In this document: in pieces, positions 1 through 7,139 of the stretch | How the letters are laid out: every line of letters begins with the position of its first letter | Numbering within the stretch: the stretch's first letter is position 1 | Assembly (NCBI RefSeq): GCF_006345805.1 | Contig: NW_021827351.1 | Location: 1 to 10,613 of the forward strand | Length of the DNA stretch: 10,613 nucleotides | Source of the DNA: Octopus sinensis | Lineage: Eukaryota | Reading direction: 5' to 3' | Position numbers and translations under genes: made by a program | The notes under the pieces: model-generated | Seen by the model: only the letters and a program-made list of their open reading frames with translations | Told to the model about the DNA's origin: nothing | The model's database searches: none

Positions 1-185
1 CCGGCAAGCCTTCACCCGGAAACTTGACTTGAAGAATCCCTGATTAACAGAACCCGTTCCCACACATATAGGCTTCCACAACCTCCATACTTTCCGCTTT
101 GGGACACATCATCTTGCAGAAAAGACTAGATATGTCCACCCAATGCAGTCTTACAATTAATTAATGTGGTGAGGATGCGGTGTTA

Positions 186-191
186 AATAAC

Positions 192-227
<36 letters not shown>

Positions 228-260
228 TAATAATAATAATAATAATAATATAATAATAAT
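186..260. repeat. (AAT)n microsatellite, imperfect
   Basis: Direct reading of AAT units with a few interruptions. Confidence 0.95.
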
Positions 261-282
261 GCTAGCATCTCATAGTCTAGAC

Positions 283-483
283 CAGTGGTTTTCAACCAGG
301 GTTCCGCCAGTACAGTCCAGGGGTTCCGCAAGAAGTTACAAAACTGCTAAAATCGGCAGTGATTTTTAATTCTCCTGTGCAGATATGTGTGCATAAGACT
401 ATTAAATTATTGCACAGGGGTTCCTCGAGCCAGTGGAATGTTTCCTTGGGGTTCCGCTCCAGCAAAAAGTTTGAAAAACACTG
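283..483. mobile_element. Non-autonomous hAT (Buster/Charlie-type) MITE, 201 bp, complete
   Basis: Left TIR CAGTGGTTTTCAACC (283-297) and right TIR GTTTGAAAAACACTG (469-483) match at 13/15. Perfect 8-bp TSD GTCTAGAC at 275-282 and 484-491 with central TA, typical of Buster-type hATs. GGGTTCC subterminal repeats occur four times. Confidence 0.9.
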
Positions 484-545
484 GTCTAGACAGATGGCGC
501 CGCGAGCTGATCTAGATGTATACACATCATTTGTCAACAACTGAG

Positions 546-567
546 ATATATATATATATATATATAT
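546..567. repeat. (TA)n microsatellite
   Basis: Direct reading. Confidence 0.95.
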
Positions 568-698
568 CCGTAGTGTGTAGCTTGTTCCCCAGTTCGAATA
601 TGCACCAAACATATTCGAAAAGATAATAACGTTGCGATTTCCTTTATCACTGCTTAGCACTCCTCCTCCATAATAAACTTGTGCTCTTACACACACAA

Positions 699-723
699 AT
701 ACGACGGGCTTCCGTAGAGTTTC
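699..723 (-). mobile_element. Short remnant resembling the end of the SINE head module seen at 4436-4600 and 6282-6440
   Basis: Reverse complement GAAACTCTACGGAAGCCCGTCGTAT resembles GTAACTGAAAGAAGCCTGTCGTAT (4578-4601). Very short. Confidence 0.35.
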
Positions 724-807
724 TCTCACAACTTTGTTGCAGACCTCACTTACTGGAATAAGCAGATGTGCTTTAAGAGGACACAGCTTAGACTTTAAAT
801 CTACACA

Positions 808-847
808 TGTGTGTGTGTGTGTGTGTGTGTTGTGTGTGTGTGTGTGT
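808..847. repeat. (TG)n microsatellite
   Basis: Direct reading, one phase slip. Confidence 0.95.
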
Positions 848-895
848 ATTATATATTACACTGTGTAACAAAATTTTAATTTGCTTTTGTTTTAG

Positions 896-899
896 GACA
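896..899 (+). other. Candidate 4-nt microexon (GACA)
   Basis: TTTAAT branch-like motif, then TTGCTTTTGTTTTAG acceptor (AG 894-895), GACA, and consensus donor GTAAGT (900-905). Splice-signal evidence only. Confidence 0.25.
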
Positions 900-1361
900 G
901 TAAGTGTTATTTCCTATTTGCTTCTATCTAGAAATCAAAGGAAATGACTACTATTCCCTTCAAACTTTGCATTTCTTACCTTGGGCGTCAATGTTTTCAA
1001 ATTGACCTATTTTCCATTACATTTCAGACACATCCTGCGCTGTGTTGCTGAAGCAGAACTATCGTTATAGCAAATATTCTGCTAAAAACCACAGATTTCC
1101 TTGTTAGTTGCTTGACCGTAACCAATTGATCATGTTCCTTAGTGGCTAACAATATCTGCATCTCTGATCATGAGCAGGGGTAGTAGGGGAGCATCATAGC
1201 CGTGTGTTGAGAGAGATTCTTTGGGGTTCGAATAAATGTAACAAAAGCAAAATTTGAAGGAAATATTCACTATTTTTCATACTTTCTATGAGTAAGTAAA
1301 CAGGAAGTAACAGTTGCTACGCAAGGACAAGAATCGTGTCACGCAATGTTTTATGTATATC

Positions 1362-1392
<31 letters not shown>

Positions 1393-1640
1393 CGCCATAT
1401 CGCCATGTTGATTCGCTAGCTTTTGCACGCATATTTGTTTCTCTCCTTCTTTCTGTGTTTTTTTCTCTGTGTATCTTTCTGTGAAGAGCGTAGGCTCGAA
1501 ACGTTAAAGACTTGTTTCATTTATATTTCCTGAGTCGCCATACTAATACAATTGTTTGTCTGTATTCCACCTGCCTTCGTCTTTTGTTTATTCCGTAAAA
1601 CTGCCTTCGTCTTTTGTCTATTTTCATAAAGCCTACCGTT
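1393..1640 (+). mobile_element. Short PLE pseudo-LTR-like module (family 1) between two (TA)n tracts
   Basis: Homologous to the reverse complement of 7682-7870 (shared TCGCTAGC, TTCTCTCCTT, GAAGAGCGTAGGCT, ATACTAATACA, CACCTG(C/T)CTTCGTCTTTT). Contains an HHR fold. Internal CTGCCTTCGTCTTTTGT is duplicated. Confidence 0.6.
1474..1510 (+). ncRNA. Minimal type I hammerhead ribozyme-like motif, non-canonical core
   Basis: Stem I UCUUU/AAAGA; core CUGUGAA; stem II GAGC-GUAG-GCUC; GAAA; palindromic stem III ACGU; H17=U. The core deviates from CUGANGA. Confidence 0.55.
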
Positions 1641-1683
1641 ATATATATATATATATATATATATATAGATATATACATATATG

Positions 1684-1816
1684 TATAAAATACAAAATGA
1701 GACAAGAACGCGAAACACTCAAATAACGACACAAAAAACGGACAGGCCATTCGAAGCCTCTAATCTTCAGTCAAAACCGGATCATCCTCGCAATTTCGGC
1801 TGATTAATCTTGAGAT
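1684..1816 (-). mobile_element. Short interspersed module (family 2), PLE-terminal-like, between (TA)n tracts
   Basis: Homologous to 4708-4787 (CATTCGAAGC...ATCTTCAGTCA...ATCATC..GCAA(A)TTTCGGCTG). The minus strand carries CTGAAGA but no complete HHR fold. Confidence 0.5.
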
Positions 1817-1836
1817 TATATATATATATATATAAT

Positions 1837-1902
<66 letters not shown>
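1817..1902. repeat. (TA)n followed by (TAGA)n microsatellite
   Basis: Direct reading. Confidence 0.95.
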
Positions 1903-1904
<2 letters not shown>

Positions 1905-2002
1905 AACCTACTTGGAAAAAGATGCGTGGCGTTCGATCATATAATAATATAATATATAAATATATGCATACATATATATGCATATACGCATGCATATATG
2001 GA

Positions 2003-2310
2003 TACAGGGCATAAAAAAAAACGTTGAACACAATGTGAAACGAAAACATAAAAACAAAAACATAGAAACGAACTTTTTTCAAACAACCCCCAGAGGAACA
2101 GGACATACAACACAAAGAATATTCCCCTTCTTCAGTTGTTCCTGTTTCATCTACTCGGTGTTTCGATTACAATTGTAGTGTAGAAGGTGTTTATAAGCCA
2201 TTTAAAAAACTACACAAAAACCGTTAGATTCACTTCAACATTTAAATTTAATTAGTGTCAAAGTATTTTCGTCGCTTTGAAACCGCGACCTGTTCACTGA
2301 CAAAATTTCG
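2003..2310 (-). mobile_element. PLE pseudo-LTR-like module (family 3) with an HHR fold and a second CTGAAGA core
   Basis: Minus strand 2110-2165 (TCGAAACACCGAGTAGATGAAACAGGAACAACTGAAGAAGGGGAATATTCTTT) aligns with plus 10413-10464 (TCGAAATACGAGATTAGAAAAACAGCCAACAACTGATGAAGGGTCATTCTTT). HHR fold at 2256-2302. Boundaries are approximate. Confidence 0.5.
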
Positions 2311-2463
2311 TGCTGCATCTCTGTGAAGAGGTCACGGTTTCAAAGCGACGAAAATATTTTGATACCAATTAAATTTAAACGTTGAAGTGAATTTAACAGT
2401 TTGTGTAAGTGTGTGTGTGTGTGTGTTTTAAATGGCTTATAAACACCGTCCATACTGCAATTG
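2170..2463. repeat. Long inverted repeat (foldback), arms ~2170-2297 and ~2323-2463
   Basis: The inner 74-nt arms (2218-2291 vs 2329-2402) match at 67/74. The outer arms CAATTG...GGTGTTTATAAGCCATTTAAAA also match, with a (TG)n expansion in the right arm. Confidence 0.9.
2256..2302 (-). ncRNA. Minimal type I hammerhead ribozyme-like motif with G3:C8 swapped core
   Basis: Minus strand UGUCA-GUGAACA-G-GUCGC-GGUUUCAAA-GCGAC-GAA-AAUACU-U-UGACA: 5-bp stem I, 5-bp stem II, and the conserved GAAA. Stem III has a U16.2C change relative to the AAUAUU palindrome retained in the right arm. Confidence 0.55.
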
Positions 2464-2561
2464 TTTTTGTTTCAGCACACGATCTCAAATCAAGTCACTT
2501 GCTATGCAAGTACATCTCCGTAATATATATATATATATGTGCGTGTGTGTGTGTATAATAC

Positions 2562-2649
2562 ATACATCATACATTCATGCATACATGCATGCATGCATAC
2601 ATGCATGCATGCATACATACATACATACATACATACATACATACATACA

Positions 2650-2680
<31 letters not shown>
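2562..2680. repeat. (CATA)n/(CATG)n microsatellite
   Basis: Direct reading; source of the YIHT and MYVC ORFs. Confidence 0.95.
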
Positions 2681-2682
<2 letters not shown>

Positions 2683-2794
2683 GCAAAAATACCCAGTTTA
2701 CGCAGTTTAAATTCCAATGAAGGAGCCTTGGATCTAGGTTAGAAACCGGATCTTTCTCTATTGGCAGGAAATTTTGAAATAAAACTGTATAGTG

Positions 2795-3181
2795 ACACAT
2801 ACAGACATCACACATACCATACACACACATACATACACACACATACATACCACACCACACATACATACATACATACATACATACATACATACATACACAA
2901 ATACATACACTACATACTACTACATACAAACACCACATACACACACATACATACTACATACATACATACATACTGCATGCATACAACATACGTACATACG
3001 TACATACATACATACATACATACATACATAATACATACATACATACATATGCATACATACATACATACATACATGCATACATACATGCATACATGCATGC
3101 ATACATACATACATACATGCATGCATACATACACACATACATACATACATACATACATACATACATACATACATACATACA

Positions 3182-3211
<30 letters not shown>
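2795..3211. repeat. Long degenerate-to-pure (CATA)n microsatellite
   Basis: Direct reading; source of several spurious ORFs. Confidence 0.95.
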
Positions 3212-3213
<2 letters not shown>

Positions 3214-3348
3214 AATACCTTTGATGTTGAGGATGATGATGGCTTCATTTTGACATACGATAGCTTCCTCAAACACTCTATTCGTCGTAGCTATAATCTT
3301 TACTACTAGCGTATCTTCTGAGATGATTCTTCGTTGCCATTCTTTCAG

Positions 3349-3402
3349 TGCTACAAAAGTTCAACAGAGAGGCAAGATGAACCAGATAGAACCAGGATAT
3401 CC
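3349..3402 (+). other. Candidate 54-nt internal exon of a host gene
   Basis: Acceptor TTGCCATTCTTTCAG (AG 3347-3348) and donor GTAAGT (3403-3408). Length is a multiple of 3. Two frames are open: [18 protein letters not shown] or [17 protein letters not shown](P). No protein family recognised. Confidence 0.3.
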
Positions 3403-3493
3403 GTAAGTCTTTGGGTTAAAGTGACACCACGTGTACAACACGTGCTTTACTCTCTCTAACCATCGGTAACAGGAATCGAACGACACGCATTGC

Positions 3494-3495
<2 letters not shown>

Positions 3496-3572
<77 letters not shown>

Positions 3573-3573
3573 G

Positions 3574-3631
<58 letters not shown>

Positions 3632-3653
3632 TGTAGGTAGGTAGGTAGGTAGG

Positions 3654-3708
<55 letters not shown>

Positions 3709-3878
3709 GTAGGTAGGTAGATAGATAGATAGATAGATAGGTAGGTAGGTAGGTAGGTAGGTGGTAGATAGATAGATATATATATAGATAGATAGATAGG
3801 TAGGTAGGTAGGTAGTAGGTAGGTAGGTAGGTAGATAGAAGATAGATAGATAGATATATAGATAGATAGATAGATAGA

Positions 3879-3909
<31 letters not shown>

Positions 3910-3934
3910 AGATGGATATATAAATAGATAGATA
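3496..3934. repeat. Compound (GATA)n/(GGTA)n microsatellite
   Basis: Direct reading; source of the YLSI and YLPT ORFs. Confidence 0.95.
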
Positions 3935-4110
3935 TGTTTCTTATTAGCCACACAGGGCTGCACACAGATAGAACAAATTACAAGGTAGAGCTTTTCTTTT
4001 GAAGGTTTAAAAAAAAAAAGGAAGGGGGAGTTTTCGATCAAAGGGATCGTAAAAGGAGAGAAAGAAACAAAAAAGGGGGGGTTAAAAAAAAGGGGGAGAG
4101 GAAAAAAAAA

Positions 4111-4164
4111 GATAGATAGATAGATAGATAGGTAGGTAGGTAGGTAGGTAGATAGATAGATAGA
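4111..4164. repeat. (GATA)n/(GGTA)n microsatellite
   Basis: Direct reading. Confidence 0.9.
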
Positions 4165-4432
4165 TAGGGTTTCTCAATCATTTATTTATTTATTTTTCTC
4201 TGAACCCTTTGATTACTATTTTATTTTGGTGGAATCTCCAAGCCATTGTGTTTAAAAACTAGTTCCAGAGATACTTCTTTCAAATTTCCTATTCCGTTTT
4301 TGCACACATTCACTTGTCTAGGTCGAACTACGTAAAATGTTAGAGAAAGAAACCCAGCTGTTTCTTTGCAATAAATACCAATACATACATCTAAAGCAAA
4401 TTTTTATTCGGGACCCCTTAAAATACTATTAT
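4165..4432 (+). mobile_element. Decayed hAT MITE, left portion
   Basis: Begins TAGGGTTTCTCAATCA, similar to the CAGTGGTT(T/C)TCAACC TIR class seen at 283 and 7230. GAACCC and GGACCCC subterminal motifs are present. The right TIR is absent and the element is interrupted by the SINE at 4436. Confidence 0.45.
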
Positions 4433-4435
4433 AGA

Positions 4436-4600
4436 GGCACAGGCGTGGCTCTGTGGTAAGAATCTTCTTTCTCGACCATATGGTTCCGGGTTCAGTCACA
4501 CTGCATGGCACCTTGGTCTAGTGTCTTCCACTATAGCCTCAGGCCGACCAAAGCCTCGTGAGTGGATTTAGTAGAGAGTAACTGAAAGAAGCCTGTCGTA
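4436..4600 (+). mobile_element. tRNA-derived SINE head plus core-like region
   Basis: A-box-like TGGCTCTGTGG, B-box-like GGTTCAGTCAC and CORE-like CCTTGGTCTAGTGTCTT. Aligns along its length with 6282-6440 and runs into (TA)n. Confidence 0.8.
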
Positions 4601-4671
4601 TATATATATATATTATATAATATATATCTATATATATATATTATATATAAGAATGAATGTTTTTATATATA

Positions 4672-4815
4672 ATGAACGTGAAATACAGGAAGGGACGAAC
4701 ACGAACACAGACAAATCATTCGAAGCTTCAATCTTCAGTCAGACACCGAATCATCATAGCAAATTTCGGCTGTTCAATTCTGATATTTGCTCCACTCGGC
4801 CAGCCCCAAGAAAAA
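4672..4815 (-). mobile_element. Second copy of the family 2 module
   Basis: Homologous to 1740-1816; abuts the (TA)-rich tract at 4601-4670. Confidence 0.5.
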
Positions 4816-5176
4816 AAACTAAGCTGTAAGCATTAGATTTCTTGGTAGAAGACAGGAATGTGTAACGCCAAGACGGATGTGAATACAAGAGACGAAAACG
4901 AAATTGAAAACAGTATGAAAAAACAAAACATATATAACGGTGGTTGTCATACGACTTTAGACCAAATGACAAAACAACAACATAGCACTGGCGTAGAAAA
5001 TATTACCGTTTCGGTAGCGGGGACACATGTTGGTCGAGATACGAAGGCCAACAGAATGGTGAAGAAGCAGGAGAGAGAGAAAGAGAGACAGAGAGAGAGG
5101 GAATCAAAGAGGGTGGAGGCAGGGGACAGAAATCAAGTGACCAAAGAGGAGAAAGAAGGGATTAAGGAGGATGGGA

Positions 5177-5223
5177 GGAATCATAATATTTCGGAATATA
5201 AAGATTCCTTCTTCAGATATCCC
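5177..5223 (-). ncRNA. Minimal type I hammerhead ribozyme with canonical CUGAAGA core
   Basis: Minus strand GGGAUAU-CUGAAGA-A-GGAAU-CUUUAU-AUUCC-GAA-AUAU-U-AUGAUUCC. Stem II is a perfect 5 bp and stem III is the palindrome AUAU. Stem I has 7 pairs including two G-U and one bulge. Lies about 280 nt downstream of the PLE endonuclease stop. Confidence 0.7.
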
Positions 5224-5505
5224 TAGGAATTGATCGAGTCACTGCTATAATCGGTTTTCCAACTTTTTTATTATTATTTTTTCCGGAAGCGTCTCTGCAG
5301 TGGTCTCACGAAGCTCCTTCCGGAATTCCTCATGAGAAGTGCATGAGGGCGGCCATGTCTGAATCTCTTGTGTGCTGGCACATCCGTAGCGCTGCTTCTA
5401 AGTTATGTATTATACGTACAGTTTCATTTGTTCCTTCTTTCTTCTACTTTATGAATAATACATGAGCATATTTTCAAAAACGAACCTACACGCATCCAAA
5501 TGTAG

Positions 5506-6050
5506 CTAAATAATATATTGACGGCCAACCTCCAGCCTATTGTTAATTCGGGGCCTTAATTTGTCTATGAAGATAGCTTCCTTAATTCTTAGATTACCCA
5601 AATTTCTTTCATTGACCTCAATTGTGACTGTTATGCTTTTGACGGTATTCTGGCTTCTGTCTAGATGTTTTCTGAAGGAGGAGGCTCTCGTGTTCCGATG
5701 TTTTTTGATGCGGACGTGTAACAGTCTTGTTGTGCTACCCACATAGAACTTGTTGCATCTGTTACATTGTGTTCTTTACACAACATTTACCCGTTGACAT
5801 AAATCTGTGTCACGGATGGGGCAGTTTGCCAGTGTGCATTGGTTGTTGTCCCTTGCTCGTTTCTTTGTGAGGTGTCTTCTCAGAGAGGGGCCGGTGTGGG
5901 CTAGTTGTACGCCTTGTCCTTTTCTTATGGTTCTTCGGATGGACGTAGTTATCTTCTCGCTAAAATTGAGGCTTTTTAAGGAAGCATGAGTTGCTGGCTT
6001 TTTCTGTGTTCGGCGTTGTTATGACATGTTTGCAGTAAGACTTGAAGAGT
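5506..6050 (-). pseudogene. PLE polyprotein C-terminus: Cys-rich linker and GIY-YIG endonuclease, disabled
   Basis: Manual translation: FSEKITTSIRRTIRKGQGVQLAHTGPSLRRHLTKKRARDNNQCTLANCPIRDTDLCQRVNVV*RTQCNRCNKFYVGSTTRLLHVRIKKH...NLRIKEAIFIDKLRPRINNRLE. The first GIY-YIG tyrosine (VVY) is a TAA stop at 5776-5778. Probable frameshift near 5965. Confidence 0.85.
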
Positions 6051-6067
6051 GACCTGACGTTAATGCG

Positions 6068-6081
6068 TGAGAGAGAGAGAG

Positions 6082-6152
<71 letters not shown>

Positions 6153-6155
6153 GTA
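6068..6155. repeat. (GA)n(TG)n compound microsatellite
   Basis: Direct reading. Confidence 0.95.
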
Positions 6156-6281
6156 TGTACATATTACACACACACACATGTGTATATATATATATCACAT
6201 AGATGTGTGTGTGTGCATTTTATGGTGTACACACATATAAATCTCTATACATATATGTACGTATTTGTCATCTTGGGTACT

Positions 6282-6440
6282 CAAGCGTGGCTGTTGGGTA
6301 AGAAGATTGCTTCCCAACCACATGGTTCTGGGTTCAGTCCCAGTGCGTGGTACCTTGGGCAAGTGTCTTATTATAGCCTCGGGCCGATAAAAGCCTTGAG
6401 AGTGAATTTGGTAGACGGAAAATGAAAGAACTCCTTCGTA
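6282..6440 (+). mobile_element. tRNA-derived SINE head plus core-like region, second copy
   Basis: B-box-like GGTTCAGTCCC and CCTTGGGCAAGTGTCTT; aligns with 4436-4600. Confidence 0.8.
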
Positions 6441-6445
6441 TATAT

Positions 6446-6685
6446 AAGGGTAAAGACCCCCTTCGGTCATGAATGACCATGGGATTGCACCTAGAAAGTT
6501 ACCCTCCTAGACACAAGTCCGGGCACGGTTGTTTATGGAAGACCAGCAGTCGCCCATGCATACCAGCCTCCCCTCTCCCCGCCACCAGTGTTATCCAAGG
6601 GAAAGGCAAGGGCCAATACAGCTTGGCACCAGTGACGTCGCAACTCATTTCTACAGCTGAGTGAACTGGAGCAACGTGAAATAAA
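6446..6685 (-). mobile_element. 5'-truncated SINE-like repeat (different family)
   Basis: The minus strand begins in a core-like TTTCACGTTGCTCCAGTTCACTCAGCTG and ends in a CTTTACCCTT tail with a small subterminal hairpin (GGTCAT-GAAT-GACC on plus). Recognised as an octopus repeat from memory only. Confidence 0.5.
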
Positions 6686-6702
6686 TATATATATATATAT
6701 AT

Positions 6703-6833
6703 TATGTAGGTCCGGGTTGATTCGGGTTAACCACAGTAAATAAGGTACTCAATACATAGCAGAGTAAAATTAATTTATTATATAGAAGGAGCTTCTACAG
6801 GACTAGAAGGTTTCATTCAAGAGAAATCTTCAG
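6703..6833 (-). mobile_element. Short module between (TA)n tracts with a degenerate HHR-like motif (family 4)
   Basis: Minus strand CTGAAGA-T-TTC-TCTT-GAA-T-GAAACC at 6809-6833. Stem II is weak and no stem I or stem III partner is seen. Confidence 0.35.

Positions 6834-6907
<74 letters not shown>
6834..6907. repeat. (TA)n(TG)n(TATG)n compound microsatellite
   Basis: Direct reading. Confidence 0.95.
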
Positions 6908-6908
<1 letters not shown>

Positions 6909-7130
6909 TTTGTCTTTGTGTCTGTCCCAAACCATCACTTGACAACTGATTTTGGTGTGTTAAGGTACCCGTAACTTTGCAGTTTGGCAAAAGTGAGCGA
7001 CGGAATAAGTACTAGGCTTCCAAAGAATAAGTCCTGGGGGTCGGTTTGTTCGATTAAAAGTCCTTTAAGGCGGTGCTGCAGCATGGCCGCAGTCGAATGA
7101 ATGAAACAAGTAAAAGAACAAAAGAATAAA
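6908..7130 (+). mobile_element. SINE 3' module with AAAAGA(G/A)-repeat tail
   Basis: Aligns with the reverse complement of 7283-7512 (38/41 and 44/48 identity in two hand-compared blocks). Confidence 0.8.
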
Positions 7131-7139
7131 AAAGATCCT

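Larger units (their letters stand above)
5177..6060 (-). mobile_element. 5'-truncated Penelope-like retroelement (linker, GIY-YIG endonuclease, 3' region with HHR)
   Basis: Contains the coding remnant below plus a downstream HHR, the known PLE architecture. The 5' junction is at a (GA)n(TG)n microsatellite. Confidence 0.8.

Noticed and set aside
1-185. Possible 3' end of a non-LTR retrotransposon ending in the (AAT)n tract
   Set aside because: There is only a faint resemblance (GT.HILQKRL) to restriction-like-endonuclease LINE C-termini, and it needs a frameshift; too weak to call.
292-729. 145-aa minus-strand ORF (and the 61-aa plus ORF at 359-544)
   Set aside because: It runs across the hAT MITE and a (TA)n tract with no recognisable protein motif.
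905-1235. Sequence that looks familiar as an octopus interspersed repeat
   Set aside because: No second copy, terminal repeats, TSD or coding motif in this window to support a classification.
2715-2752. HHR-like ATGAAGG-AGCCT/AGGTT-A-GAAACCGG
   Set aside because: The core lacks C3 and A9, there is an extra base before GAAA, and stem I cannot be formed.
1517-4041. Many ORFs of 60-226 aa rich in YI, YIHT, MYVC or YLSI repeats
   Set aside because: They are translations of (TA)n, (CATA)n, (TATG)n and (GATA)n microsatellites, which lack stops in several frames; there is no domain signal.
3935-4060. Possible minus-strand LINE 3' UTR running into the (TATC)n tract
   Set aside because: Only a poly(A)-signal-like AATAAG and a pyrimidine-rich composition; no coding evidence.
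4765-4812. Minus-strand GGCTG...CAGCC-GAAA resembling HHR stem II
   Set aside because: No CUGANGA-like core upstream (TTCTTGG instead), and an alternative AGCAAAT/ATTTGCT stem explains the fold.
4858-5226. 122-aa plus-strand ORF with an ERE-rich stretch
   Set aside because: It is antisense to the PLE 3' region and crosses a (GA)n tract; low-complexity artefact.
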